Shown: positions 53,180-63,282 of the stretch, in pieces
Position numbering within the stretch: position 1 is the first letter of the stretch
Layout of the letters: the number at the start of each line of letters is the position of its first letter
Assembly: GCA_034429935.1 (NCBI GenBank)
Contig: DAOUFJ010000030.1
Location: 47,261 to 111,260, forward strand
Reading direction: 5' to 3'
Origin: Dehalococcoidales bacterium
GTDB lineage: Bacteria; Chloroflexota; Dehalococcoidia; Dehalococcoidales; UBA5627
Length of the DNA: 64,000 bases
Translations under genes and position numbers: made by a program
The notes under the pieces: model-generated
Database searches by the model: none
What the model was told of the DNA's origin: nothing
What the model saw: only the letters and a program-made list of their open reading frames with translations

Positions 53180-53695
53180 TTAAAAGCGTCTCATCTGGTT
53201 TTTAATGGTATTGATAACCTCTTCTGGATTGGAAGTCGAGAATACGAACAGCTTATATTTATTGGTCTTAAGCTCGACCACCACTCTTTTATAGCCGATA
53301 CTGGTATATGCCAGAGTCAAACCCTGTTTGAGTTTGGCCATGCGCACGCCCCAGCCGCCGTATGCCAGCTCCATCCTTTCGTCTGTATATACGTCGGCAA
53401 TATCGGTAAACGGTGTTTCGAACTTGATAAAGCCGAAGGATGCCTTCAACTTGTATTGCGTGATGCTGATATCCAGTTTTCTTAAAGTGGTCAGGAATAC
53501 AGTGATTCCCAGCATTAAAGCGGCCATTATCAGCCATACAAATGCCGGGGCGTCCTCGTCAGGGATAAAATTGCCGGATAACTGGAGAAAGAAGAAGACC
53601 AGGAATAAAACCCCGATAGCTCCTTCCATGAAAATAACGTAGTACATGAATTTGAATGGGATGGTTTCGCCGTAGATTTCATCGTAGTCTCTCAT
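53180..53695 (-). CDS. membrane protein (2 TM) with a C-terminal PH-like/unknown domain
   Basis: 171 aa, hydrophobic N-half, no confident family. Confidence 0.5.
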   Translation of the reverse strand: MRDYDEIYGETIPFKFMYYVIFMEGAIGVLFLVFFFLQLSGNFIPDEDAPAFVWLIMAALMLGITVFLTTLRKLDISITQYKLKASFGFIKFETPFTDIADVYTDERMELAYGGWGVRMAKLKQGLTLAYTSIGYKRVVVELKTNKYKLFVFSTSNPEEVINTIKNQMRRF

Positions 53696-53799
53696 GCGGT
53701 TAGTCCCTTTCTGTTATTTTTATTTTAACTTCCGCCGCGCATTTCTCGATTCACCAAGACAGAGTATGAAAATATCATTGCGTCATTTCAAGCCACTCA

Positions 53800-53890
53800 T
53801 TTATCGGGGTGATATTATATTCGAAGCCGCTTAGTTCGACAAGCTCACCACGAGCGGCGTTGTGGGATTTTTAGATTGCTTCGGCCTGTG
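53800..53890. repeat. hairpin repeat modules (type B 53827-53859; half of type A 53872-53886)
   Basis: ccgcttagttcgacaagctcaccacgagcggcg; tagattgcttcggcc. Confidence 0.6.
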
Positions 53891-53919
53891 TTGTTCCCGC
53901 ATATATGAAAGCATTCATA

Positions 53920-55245
53920 TTACTGGTATCTCTTGACCTCAAAACGGTAGAGCTGTACTTTTTCGTAAGGCATGATGCCGGCTTTCTGGCGGCAGATGCT
54001 GATTTGCTGTTCTGCAGTGTCCACTCCTTCGAGGTCCGGCAGCAGCAGCCCTTTACGGTAGTCCCTTTCCACGATAACGCCGTATTTTTTCGGGTCTAAC
54101 TGGCTGACATCTGCGACGGGCTCGGGTTTTGTCAGCACGTCAACCTTGTAATCTAGGTGTTTCAACTCATCTGCTGTAACGGGAGAGAAACGAGGGTCTC
54201 TGGTCGCCGCACTGATGGCGTTGGAGATGATTTCCTCGGCTATATTATCGTGTGCCGGTTCGAAGGTTCCGATGCAGCCGCGTAGATTTCCGAATTTATG
54301 CAGAGAGACGAAAACCCCCGCCTGCTCCTCGAAAGTGGGGGGCAGGGGGTCGGGGGGAGCTATAACTGTCCCCTCCGTGATATAGGTTTCTATGGTTTTC
54401 TTCGCCAGTTCTACCGGCTCCGGCAGCTCTTTATCCTTAGCTTTCTTTATTATCAACCCGGCATATCCGACGACGCTGGAGTAATCACCTGAAGCATCTC
54501 CGCTGGTCTGGTGCTTTACCAGTTTCGCTTCCCTGGCGCCCAGTTCCTTGGCAGCCGCAATCAGGCTGACGACCGGGCCGAATCCGCACATCGTGATATT
54601 GTATTTCTGAACGCGGCTCAACAGCTCGTCCTCATCCAGTTCCAGTATCGGCTCAATTGCCAGGTTGTCCTTTTTGAGCGCCGATTCATGGGATTCGTAG
54701 TGCGTCATATCGCTGGAAGCAATGATTAAGGCATCTTTTCCCGAATCTTCGATGGCTTTGACAATGGCGCGCCCGATTTCGCGGTAGACAGTTCCGGTGG
54801 CATAGGTGAGGATTATGGGAACTATCTGGATGTCTTTATTGAAATACTGGAGGAACGGCAGTTGTACCTCTATAGAATGTTCCGATATATGTGCCAGGCT
54901 GTCTTCGGATAAGAACTTGGAATTTGCCAGGACTCGTTTCGCCAGTTCGGAATCGATTTTAACATTTCCCAGCGGTGTTTTCCATGTTCCATCGGTCATT
55001 ATACTGAAAGGTCTTCCCATGCTCGTGTGGTTCGGCCCCATGATAATGCAGGTGCCCTTTATTTTTACTCTGGAGATAGTTGCTCCGGCTACGTTCCCCG
55101 AATAGATATAGCCGGCATGCGGCATTATCAGTCCGATAGCATCTTCTTTTGTGGCTTTTTCATCGACCATTTCCGATATCATTTTCCTGAGTTCGGAAGA
55201 AGAACCGGGATAGAATTGACCGGCGACTGCCGCTTCTCTGTTCAT
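53920..55245 (-). CDS. AmmeMemoRadiSam system fusion protein: Memo-like (protein B) + AMMECR1 (protein A)
   Basis: [25 protein letters not shown].. is the Memo family. The C-terminal [21 protein letters not shown] is AMMECR1. The likely start is ATG 55245, overlapping the radical-SAM stop (ATGA); the track ORF extends to 55374. Confidence 0.85.
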   Translation of the reverse strand: MNREAAVAGQFYPGSSSELRKMISEMVDEKATKEDAIGLIMPHAGYIYSGNVAGATISRVKIKGTCIIMGPNHTSMGRPFSIMTDGTWKTPLGNVKIDSELAKRVLANSKFLSEDSLAHISEHSIEVQLPFLQYFNKDIQIVPIILTYATGTVYREIGRAIVKAIEDSGKDALIIASSDMTHYESHESALKKDNLAIEPILELDEDELLSRVQKYNITMCGFGPVVSLIAAAKELGAREAKLVKHQTSGDASGDYSSVVGYAGLIIKKAKDKELPEPVELAKKTIETYITEGTVIAPPDPLPPTFEEQAGVFVSLHKFGNLRGCIGTFEPAHDNIAEEIISNAISAATRDPRFSPVTADELKHLDYKVDVLTKPEPVADVSQLDPKKYGVIVERDYRKGLLLPDLEGVDTAEQQISICRQKAGIMPYEKVQLYRFEVKRYQ

Positions 55246-56273
55246 AACTTTCCCTCCGTATCGGTTCTGAAATTCAGGTCTGCCCCGCAGTAACCGCATT
55301 TTCCCTCTTTTAAGCCGAGCAGCTTCGTCTGATATCCGTGTCTCTGTACGGTCATTTTGCCGCAGGCATAGCAAACGGTGTTTTCGCTGTCATGCCCGGG
55401 GATATTTCCGGCATAGATAAACTTAAGGCCGGCTTTTTTGCCGATATCTATGGCATGCTCCAGCGTTTCTACCGGGGTCGGTTGAACGTCCGTCATATTG
55501 TAGTTCGGATAGAACCTGGTTACATGCCAGGGTGTAAGTTCTCCCAGTTCTTCTTTTATCCAGCGGGCGATGCCTTTCAGTTGAACATCATCGTCATTTA
55601 TGCCCGGGACGATATTGGTAACCGCCTCGACATGCATATTCCACTTCTCTTTAGCTCTTTTGGCATTATCGAGAATGCCTTTCCAGTGGCTGATTTTTGC
55701 CAGTTTCTTGTACGTCTCGTCATTGAAACCCTTTATATCCACACGGTAAGCATCCAGGTACGGTCCGATGGCATCCAGCGCTTCCGTAGTCATATATCCG
55801 TTGGTAACGTAAACAGTATAAAGGCCGCTCTCCTTCGCCAGTTTTGCCGAGTCAAGCGTGTATTCGAACCAGACGGTCGGTTCGTTATAAGTCCAGGCGA
55901 TTCCCCTGCAATCATATCCCTTTGCCAACATTACCGCTTCCTGAGGTTGTATTTGCCGTCCGTGCAGTGGTATATCTACGCAGGAGATTTCCCAGTTCTG
56001 ACAATCCTGGCAGTGGAAGTTGCAGCCCCAGCCTCCAAGTGAGAATACGTTACTCCCAGGGTAGAAGTGAAACAGGGGTTTTTTTTCGATGGGGTCGACG
56101 GCTGCCGATGATGTCTGCGCATAGTTGAGGTTATAGAGATTTCCGTTTTTATTTTGATACATTTTGCAGACGCCTGTCTTATCGACGGCGATGTTGCACT
56201 GCCACTGGCAGGTGTTGCAGCGCACGCGCGAATCGGTCAATTTTTCATAAAGCAAAGCCTGATGCATAATCAA
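55242..56273 (-). CDS. amrS: AmmeMemoRadiSam system radical SAM enzyme
   Basis: N-terminal [13 protein letters not shown], the radical SAM cluster [15 protein letters not shown], and a C-terminal Cys pair. It sits with Memo/AMMECR1. Confidence 0.85.
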   Translation of the reverse strand: MIMHQALLYEKLTDSRVRCNTCQWQCNIAVDKTGVCKMYQNKNGNLYNLNYAQTSSAAVDPIEKKPLFHFYPGSNVFSLGGWGCNFHCQDCQNWEISCVDIPLHGRQIQPQEAVMLAKGYDCRGIAWTYNEPTVWFEYTLDSAKLAKESGLYTVYVTNGYMTTEALDAIGPYLDAYRVDIKGFNDETYKKLAKISHWKGILDNAKRAKEKWNMHVEAVTNIVPGINDDDVQLKGIARWIKEELGELTPWHVTRFYPNYNMTDVQPTPVETLEHAIDIGKKAGLKFIYAGNIPGHDSENTVCYACGKMTVQRHGYQTKLLGLKEGKCGYCGADLNFRTDTEGKL

Positions 56274-56484
56274 CCTCAGCCATATTATACACTATCTCGG
56301 GAGCCTTTTGTTTTATTGTTTATCCAGTATGAGCGGTTTCCTGTTTCCTTCCCTGATGGATGTATCAGCGGTGCAGCTTTCTTTTTTTGACACTGAAAGT
56401 GTAAAGGAATAGTATTTTATATACTAAAAATTCCCTCCGGAAAATCGAGCGGTTTCTCCACTTTCCGGCGACAAGCAGGCGATA

Positions 56485-57867
56485 GTGAATCAACCGGAAA
56501 ACAAATTAAGTAAAAATGTCATTTTAGCCGTAGCTACCATGACCTCGTTCCTGACTCCTTTCATGGGGTCTTCCATCAATATCGCTCTTCCTGCCATAGG
56601 CGAGGAGTTTTCGATGGATGCCGTATCCATGAGCTGGGTTGTCAGCGCCTATCTGCTTGCGTCGGCGGTCTTTTTATTACCTATCGGGAGAATCGCCGAT
56701 ATATACGGGCGTAAAAAGATTCTGTTGTCGGGGATAATCGCCTTTACGGTCTTTTCCTTTTTAGTAGCAATTACCACATCGGCGCCGGTTTTAATCGCCC
56801 TCAGGGCTTTACAGGGCGTCGGCAGCGCTATGATATTCGGTACCGGGGTTGCCATTCTTACTTCGGCTTTTCCTGCCAGGGAAAGGGGCAGGGCGCTGGG
56901 GATAAACGTGGCATCGGTCTATATGGGGCTTTCCCTGGGGCCTTTTCTGGGCGGAATCCTTACCGAGAACTTCGGCTGGCGCAGCATCTTCTGGGTCAAC
57001 GTTCCGCTGGGTTTGATTGTAATCTTCATGATACTTTGGAAGCTCAAAGGCGAATGGGCGGAAGCGAAAGGAGAAAAGTTCGATTTCGTCGGTTCTTTTA
57101 TCTATGGAGTCAGCCTGGTAGCCGTGATGTACGGACTATCGTCGCTGCCGGGACTGTCGGCTGTCTGGTTTTTGCTGGCAGGGGGACTCTGCCTTCTGGC
57201 TTTTATCGGATGGGAATTGAAGACTCGCAGCCCGCTGCTGAATCTGAATCTGATAAGGCATAACGTGGTTTTTGCTTTTTCCAATATGGCGGCGCTTATA
57301 AATTATAGCGCCACCTTTGCCCTTGCCTTTCTTTTGAGTCTTTACCTGCAATATACACAGGGGATGAGCGCTCAGACCGCCGGTCTCATTCTGATTGCGC
57401 AACCTGTGGTGATGGCGATTGTTTCCCCGATTGCAGGCAGGTTATCCGATAGAATACAGCCACGTATATTTGCTTCTTTAGGTATGGCGTTGACCTGCGG
57501 CGGCCTGCTGTATTTCAGTTTTATAGACGACGGCACGGCGATGGGAGTGATTATCCTTGGGTTAGTGGTCGTAGGTCTTGGACTGGCTCTTTTTTCATCG
57601 CCCAATACGAATGCCATCATGGGTTCCGTCGAGAGCAGGTATTACGGAGTAGCCTCGGCAGTATTGTCCACGATGCGCATGATAGGGAATATGTTCAGCA
57701 TGGGGGTGGTAACCCTGTTATTCTCCCTGTTCATCGGCAGGGTCGAGATTACTCCCGAGTATTATACCCCTTTCCTGCAGAGCATGAAGACGGCCTTCCT
57801 GATTTTTGCCGCTCTCTGTTTCTTCGGCATCTTTGCTTCTCTGGCCAGCCGTAAGTCAGCGAAGTAA
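56485..57867 (+). CDS. MFS transporter, DHA2 (14-TMS, EmrB/QacA-like) family
   Basis: 460 aa. GRIADIYGRKKIL (motif A) and 14 hydrophobic segments. Confidence 0.9.
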   Translation: MNQPENKLSKNVILAVATMTSFLTPFMGSSINIALPAIGEEFSMDAVSMSWVVSAYLLASAVFLLPIGRIADIYGRKKILLSGIIAFTVFSFLVAITTSAPVLIALRALQGVGSAMIFGTGVAILTSAFPARERGRALGINVASVYMGLSLGPFLGGILTENFGWRSIFWVNVPLGLIVIFMILWKLKGEWAEAKGEKFDFVGSFIYGVSLVAVMYGLSSLPGLSAVWFLLAGGLCLLAFIGWELKTRSPLLNLNLIRHNVVFAFSNMAALINYSATFALAFLLSLYLQYTQGMSAQTAGLILIAQPVVMAIVSPIAGRLSDRIQPRIFASLGMALTCGGLLYFSFIDDGTAMGVIILGLVVVGLGLALFSSPNTNAIMGSVESRYYGVASAVLSTMRMIGNMFSMGVVTLLFSLFIGRVEITPEYYTPFLQSMKTAFLIFAALCFFGIFASLASRKSAK

Positions 57868-57984
57868 GAAGCATCAACCGTTTGTCTGTTTGTTTATCCT
57901 CTGATTGTGTCTTGTTAATCTTGTATCAATCGGCGTAAAATAGCGGCATGTGGTTGACTATACTGTTATGGATTGATATAAAAG

Positions 57985-58632
57985 ATGAGAAAGTACAATG
58001 CAGTCATTTTCGATATGGACGGAACCCTGCTGGATACCCTGGAAGATATTGCCGGCAGCGTGAATTACGCCCTGGGCAAGCTCGGTTTCCCTACGCGTGA
58101 TATATCCCAAATCCGAAAGTCCGTTGGAAACGGGGTCGTACGTATGCTGGAGCTTTCGCTGCCCGGCGGAACAAGAAATCCCCGTATTAACGATGCCGTC
58201 AGCCTTTTCAAACAGCACTACAGCAAAAATTACAGGAACAAAACACATCCGTATACAGGCGTCACGAATTTATTGCAAAATCTTTCCGCAAGCAATTATA
58301 AGCTGGCGGTTATCTCCAACAAGTACGATGAAGCCGTAAACGAATTGAATGCCTTCTATTTCTCGAAATATATTACTGTTGCCATCGGTGAGAAAGATGG
58401 TATCAGGAGGAAGCCGGCTGCCGATATGCTTTTAGCGGCATTGAACAGGCTTGGTGTTAAAGCGGACGAGTCGGTTTATATCGGCGATTCCGAAGTTGAT
58501 ATCGAAACTGCTTTAAATGCCGGTGTCGATTGTATTTCCGTTGCCTGGGGATTTCGCGACCGGGATTGGCTTAAAAATCACGGCACTAAAACAATAATCG
58601 ATTCACCGTGGGAACTGGCGGCATTGTTATAG
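57985..58632 (+). CDS. HAD-superfamily hydrolase (phosphoglycolate phosphatase-like)
   Basis: VIFDMDGTLLDT, ISNK and YIGDSEVDIETALNAG. Confidence 0.85.
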   Translation: MRKYNAVIFDMDGTLLDTLEDIAGSVNYALGKLGFPTRDISQIRKSVGNGVVRMLELSLPGGTRNPRINDAVSLFKQHYSKNYRNKTHPYTGVTNLLQNLSASNYKLAVISNKYDEAVNELNAFYFSKYITVAIGEKDGIRRKPAADMLLAALNRLGVKADESVYIGDSEVDIETALNAGVDCISVAWGFRDRDWLKNHGTKTIIDSPWELAALL

Positions 58633-58698
58633 GTTTCTGCCTCCGATATTATTCTCTTTAAAAAAATATTTACAGTTATTACTTTAATGGGTTTTATT

Positions 58699-59493
58699 AT
58701 GAATATACCTTATGCAAGGTGGTATGAAGCAATCGGAAAAAGAAGGTCATACCGTACATACGATAAGAACAGGCCTGTCGAAGCGGAGAAACTGGCGGCT
58801 CTCGATGCGGTATGCAAAGAGTTCCCCCCTTTTACTCATGCGCGGGCTTGTCTTGTAACCGAATCTGTGGAAAAGGTATTCAGGGGCTTGGTGGGGGCCT
58901 ATGGCAAGGTTAAAAATGCCCCTGCCTTTATTGTTTTTGTCGGTAATACGGAGAGCCCTTTTTATAATGAGCAGACAGGATATACAGGGGAAGGTCTTAT
59001 CTTAGAAGCGGCAGCTTTGGGATTGGATACATGCTGGGTCGGCGGTGCATTCAGTCGGGAAAATGTTGCTTCTCTGATAGAGGTCGGTAACACTGAACGG
59101 GTGTTGGCTGTATCTCCGGTTGGATATGCCATTAAATCCGAAACATTCGAAGATAAAATTATGGCAGGTTTCGGACGCCATCATAAGCGGCTGCCTGTCG
59201 ATAAACTGGTCAGCGGCTTGAGTTACGAACAGTCTCCCGATTGGATAAAGTCTTCAATCGAGGCTGCCAGGCTGGCTCCCTCGGCGTTAAACCGCCAGCC
59301 GTGGGGATTCGATATCGAAGAAGATGCAATCACGGTCTATATCAGGAGCAAGGGAACTGATACAGGGATTCCTTTCCGCCTGGATTGCGGGATTGCCATG
59401 CTGCATATGGAAGTAGCGGCTCTGAATGCCGGATATAAGGGTAGGTGGGAGTTTTTACAGTCTCCACAGGTGGCGAGATTTAGGGTGGGTTAA
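58699..59493 (+). CDS. nitroreductase family protein
   Basis: RRSYRTY, two-lobed nitroreductase pattern, LAPSALNRQPW. The likely start is ATG 58699. Confidence 0.78.
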   Translation: MNIPYARWYEAIGKRRSYRTYDKNRPVEAEKLAALDAVCKEFPPFTHARACLVTESVEKVFRGLVGAYGKVKNAPAFIVFVGNTESPFYNEQTGYTGEGLILEAAALGLDTCWVGGAFSRENVASLIEVGNTERVLAVSPVGYAIKSETFEDKIMAGFGRHHKRLPVDKLVSGLSYEQSPDWIKSSIEAARLAPSALNRQPWGFDIEEDAITVYIRSKGTDTGIPFRLDCGIAMLHMEVAALNAGYKGRWEFLQSPQVARFRVG

Positions 59494-59504
59494 TCGAAAT
59501 TTGT

Positions 59505-59635
59505 TTAAACTGTTATTGCGGGGAGTTTCTGTATAAAGGACGACGAAGCAATCTCTACCGTTTTTTATTAACTAACTTTTGTAGGGACGCTCATTACCTG
59601 TCGATATTTAAAAAGTTTTGAACGTCCCTACAAAT
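59505..59635. repeat. hairpin repeat module type A (59512-59559) plus an 11-bp-stem hairpin TTGTAGGGACG...CGTCCCTACAA (59579-59632)
   Basis: GTTATTGCGGGgagtttctgtataaaggacgaCGAAGCAATCTCTACC. Confidence 0.65.
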
Positions 59636-59644
59636 AATATGTCT

Positions 59645-60343
59645 TTAAGCAGCCCCGCCGCTGGCCAAACGCGCTTTACGTTGTTCCAATCTGGATTGCG
59701 CCTGAGCTATCATAACGTCCTTGTCTACATCATTGTTCATATCGCCGAACACCTGCTCGAACTTGGCATCGGCAACATCGGCGCGCCTCTGGATGCGGTC
59801 TGCTACGGCATCGACGGAAACATCACCGCCTGCGGAAGTGATCTTACCTGCCTGGCGTATAGCTGAGACGGCGCTTTCCTTGGCTTTGGTTGCCCTGTCC
59901 ATCGCTTCGAGGCGCTGTACCTGCTGTACCATGTTCTGGTATCTGGTGCGCAGCGTGGAGGTTGCTTCGGCAAGTGCCTGTGCCGTTTTCTGTCCTGTGG
60001 TAATCTCCTCGTCCTTTGTTGACAGGCGCTGTTCCAAACCGATCAATCTGGCTTCCATCGGAGTGGCGAGGTGGTCGTTCTCAGGTTTATTGTCGCTCAG
60101 TATGAAATCGATATTCTGATTGAGTTCCTTGATTTGTGCTTTAAGCTGTTCCGCATCGCGTTTTACCGTTTTTACATGACCGGCCGCTGCCGCTGTGGCA
60201 TCTTCCAGGTCTTCGAGAGCCGATTCCAAATCCCTGACATACTGCTTGACCGCTCCGATAGAGTTCAGGTCGACAACCTTGTCAAGTAATGAGTGCGCTG
60301 CGCTTAATGCAGCTATGCGTGCTTTTTCAAATAAACCTGCCAT
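59645..60343 (-). CDS. pspA: PspA/IM30 family protein
   Basis: 232 aa, all-helical. MAGLFEKARIAALSAAHSLLDKV...AVKQYVRDLE.. is typical of PspA_IM30. Confidence 0.88.
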   Translation of the reverse strand: MAGLFEKARIAALSAAHSLLDKVVDLNSIGAVKQYVRDLESALEDLEDATAAAAGHVKTVKRDAEQLKAQIKELNQNIDFILSDNKPENDHLATPMEARLIGLEQRLSTKDEEITTGQKTAQALAEATSTLRTRYQNMVQQVQRLEAMDRATKAKESAVSAIRQAGKITSAGGDVSVDAVADRIQRRADVADAKFEQVFGDMNNDVDKDVMIAQAQSRLEQRKARLASGGAA

Positions 60344-60417
60344 TATGTTTCCTCCTTTTATTTCCTGTTTGGTTATATATTTTACAACAGTTTTATCTCA
60401 AATATCAGAGGGTATCC

Positions 60418-62727
60418 TTACCAGCCTCTCGAACCGCCGCCGGCATGCCCTCCGCCGCTGAATCCTCCGCCGCGACTGCCTCCGCCTCCCCAGCTTGAAG
60501 ACCCCCCGCCGCTTCTCGAACCCCAGCTCGAAGAGCCGCCTCCGCTGCGTCCGCCGGAAGAAGAACCGGAATACCTGGTGCCCCATGAAGAAGGCGGGGC
60601 ATTTCTTGCCGCGAAGGGTGTCGGGATAAATATTGGAATAACGGTACTGGCATTATTAAAATCCCTCTTTGCCAGAGTATATGCTTTCTCTGCCGCTTTT
60701 TGGGATTTTTCAGCCAGCGCAATCTTCATTTCCGTATCGACTACGGTATCGAACAAACGCAGGGAATCCTCTGCATCCGCCAGGGATTTTTTAGCTTGCG
60801 TTTTTACCACCCCGCTATGGTCCTGTATATATTCTTTAGCTATGGATACTTTGGAAGTGGCGTCGCGTTTGGCGCTGGCGGCTTTGGCTCGCAGCCTCTC
60901 CGCTGCTTCGTGTTCGTTGCGCGCCTGGATGAGTATATTATCCGCAGATTCGTTGGCTTCACGCGCCAGCCTGCATACCATGAAGAAATCCGGTTTTTCT
61001 TTATTCAATTCGCTGCGCGATTCCTCGACTTTCTTTTCGGCGGCTCTCAGATCGTCTTCGAGGCTTTCGCGGATGTCATCGTCGTATTTGTTTATATAAT
61101 CACAGGCTTTTTTAATATCCGCTTCGGCGGCATCGATTTCAGCCGGAAAGTCCCGCTCTGCCGCTTTCAGATTAATTTCCAGTTCGATTATAGATTTTAT
61201 AAGCGACTCGGCTTCGGTAAGCCAGTTATTGCCTTTTTCGACCATATCCATGGCCTTCAACCAGTCCTGTTCCTCATGTTTGGCGGCCAGAACGGCTTCA
61301 TGGTAAGCATCCGTTGCCCAGTCGATGCGGTTTTCCGCTTCGGTGCCGTTGCCGCGCACCGATTCCCATGTGCTTTCCGCATATTCCATAAACAGCCTGT
61401 TGAATATGTCTCTGCCATTATCGATTTCACTCTTAACCGTTTCAATGCGTGCAGCCAGAGCCGGAATCGCCGATTGCGTTTCCTGTTTCTTTTGGGGCAA
61501 TTCTTCCAGCGTCTTTGTGATGTGTATCGCCTGTTCCATAGCGGCATCGGCATATTTAAGCGCTTCGGCGGGTTGTTTCTTTTTCGATAAAACCTGTGCC
61601 TGTTTCAGCGTCGCTTTGCTTCCGGCAATCAGCTCGTTTACATAATCCGTACGGTATCCGCTATTCTTCAGTTCTTCCTGTTTAGCCAGTATCCCGTTTA
61701 CCAATGAGTTGAAGGCTTCAATTTTTTGGGGTATGGCTTCGATGGCATTCTGGATTTCGGATAGCTGTTTTTCCACATCGTTTATGGCTTCCCGTGTCTC
61801 CCGCAGTCCTTCAAGAATCTTTCTGTATTCCGGTTCGATTACCTTGAGCTGTTCTTCTCCCAGCTTCGGATTTTCCGGGTCTCCGGCGCTGTGCGATAAT
61901 TCACTGTAGGTTACGGAGCAATGGTCAAGTCCTTCCCTGGCTTTTTCCATGCCTTCCTTGAGCGGTCTGGCTTCATCCGCAGTTACTTTTTCCGTTATGA
62001 CATCCACTTTAATTTCCAGCATCTGCATCTTTTCGGTCAGCTCATTTATTCCCGAGGCCGCTCCCTGTTTTGCCAGTACGGCTTTTTGCCTGGCAGCCTG
62101 CTGCCTGTTGCGGTTTTTGCGATAGGTATTCAGCATGAACGAACCGGGAACGATGCACAGAATCAGGATGATTACCAGCGGAGCTATCCAGCCGTTCGAT
62201 GAACTCGAAGATGCAGAACTGGTAGTGGTTGTCTGGCTTCCCTGTAAGATTAAATTCTGTATATCTTCAAGCCCTACGATTACTCCGTCGGCGTAATCGC
62301 CGCCGGGGAAGAAAAAGTTCATGTTATCTATTACATCCGGCCATCTGTCTTCGAGAAGGTTCCCCCAGTAAGAGCCGTAGTACAGTCCGGTTTTCTGCTC
62401 TTCCAGAGCGATGATGATTACTATCAGGTTGTTCTTGCGTTCGCCGTCCTGCCCCTGCCAGGAAGGGCTTTGCTGTTCCAGTTGCTCCTCGTAGAGGTCG
62501 AGATTACCGGTGTTGCCGTAGGTTTCGATTGTCCTGATGCGTACATCGGCGCCGAGGTCTTCCAGTTTGGCTGCGGCGGCTTCGACGTTATCGATATTGT
62601 TACCGAATAAGCCGGCGTCGTCGATGACGGTTATTTTATCCGTATCTTCCGCCGATATTGCGACAGGGCAGATAAAAAGCATCGATAGGGTGAGTAAACC
62701 GGCTAAAAAGAAAACAATTTTACGCAT
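60418..62727 (-). CDS. TPM-domain (YgcG-like) membrane protein with a ~480-aa cytoplasmic coiled-coil insert and a Gly/Ser/Trp-rich tail
   Basis: Signal peptide, TPM-like domain (ITVIDDAGLFGNNIDNVEAAAAKLEDLGADVRIRTIE), TM helix (WIAPLVIILILCIVPGSF), long heptad-rich region, and a C-terminus ..GGGSSSWGSRSGGGSSSWGGGGSRGGGFSGGGHAGGGSRGW. Confidence 0.72.
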   Translation of the reverse strand: MRKIVFFLAGLLTLSMLFICPVAISAEDTDKITVIDDAGLFGNNIDNVEAAAAKLEDLGADVRIRTIETYGNTGNLDLYEEQLEQQSPSWQGQDGERKNNLIVIIIALEEQKTGLYYGSYWGNLLEDRWPDVIDNMNFFFPGGDYADGVIVGLEDIQNLILQGSQTTTTSSASSSSSNGWIAPLVIILILCIVPGSFMLNTYRKNRNRQQAARQKAVLAKQGAASGINELTEKMQMLEIKVDVITEKVTADEARPLKEGMEKAREGLDHCSVTYSELSHSAGDPENPKLGEEQLKVIEPEYRKILEGLRETREAINDVEKQLSEIQNAIEAIPQKIEAFNSLVNGILAKQEELKNSGYRTDYVNELIAGSKATLKQAQVLSKKKQPAEALKYADAAMEQAIHITKTLEELPQKKQETQSAIPALAARIETVKSEIDNGRDIFNRLFMEYAESTWESVRGNGTEAENRIDWATDAYHEAVLAAKHEEQDWLKAMDMVEKGNNWLTEAESLIKSIIELEINLKAAERDFPAEIDAAEADIKKACDYINKYDDDIRESLEDDLRAAEKKVEESRSELNKEKPDFFMVCRLAREANESADNILIQARNEHEAAERLRAKAASAKRDATSKVSIAKEYIQDHSGVVKTQAKKSLADAEDSLRLFDTVVDTEMKIALAEKSQKAAEKAYTLAKRDFNNASTVIPIFIPTPFAARNAPPSSWGTRYSGSSSGGRSGGGSSSWGSRSGGGSSSWGGGGSRGGGFSGGGHAGGGSRGW

Positions 62728-62939
62728 GATTTCCTTTTTGATAAAGATAAACCGGACTGGTGCGGCGATAGCCGGATTAGAAGGATACGCTGTTTATAAA
62801 CCCGGCTGACAGCCTGAAGTGATTTAGATTATGATAGAAAACATATCCGATGTCAATCATGTGTTAAATCATCGGGAGACTAGGCTTATCAGGACGGAAA
62901 AGAAATCCCCGGTATTCTGCCTGGTAAATTCGCCGGCTG

Positions 62940-63245
62940 TATTATTTTTAACGGTAGAGATTGCTTCGTTTTTCCGCAGGAAAAGCGAAGCAATGACAGT
63001 TTATTACCTTTTCTTATAGTGGGTTTGTCGAAAGGGCTAAAGAGCCGCTCGTGGTGAGCCTGTCGAATCATAGCGGCTTATATTATTATCCCACCCCGGA
63101 TGTTGAGTTTCGGCAAGCTGGAACGAAATCCCGAGTTATCGGGACTTCATTCGTCCATCACGAATTCAGCATGATAGAAAGAAAAGGCTTCCCTTGGGGG
63201 AAGCTGTCATTGCGATATAATCGGGATGACTGATGAGGGAAAAAA
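62940..63245. repeat. mosaic of hairpin repeat modules (A-inverted 62953-62999, B-inverted 63044-63077, minor hairpin 63129-63144, E-inverted 63145-63175, F 63186-63206)
   Basis: ggtagagattgcttcgtttttccgcaggaaaagcgaagcaatgacag; gccgctcgtggtgagcctgtcgaatcatagcggc; cttcattcgtccatcacgaattcagcatgat; ggcttcccttgggggaagctg. Confidence 0.8.
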
Positions 63246-63282
63246 GAGGGGCTTTCGCCTCTCTAAATCTGTTTACACTTAA

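Noticed and set aside
53920-55374. N-terminal 43-aa extension of the Memo-AMMECR1 track ORF (to 55374), and the 234-aa antisense ORF 55338-56042
   Set aside because: The extension overlaps the end of the radical SAM gene, and ATG 55245 gives the canonical ATGA coupling. The antisense ORF has no motifs.
60405-61590. ORFs overlapping the TPM/coiled-coil gene (60398-60586, 60405-60722, 60578-61099, 60700-61590, 61257-61553)
   Set aside because: They are shadow ORFs generated by the GC-rich Gly/Ser-repeat tail and the heptad-biased coding sequence.
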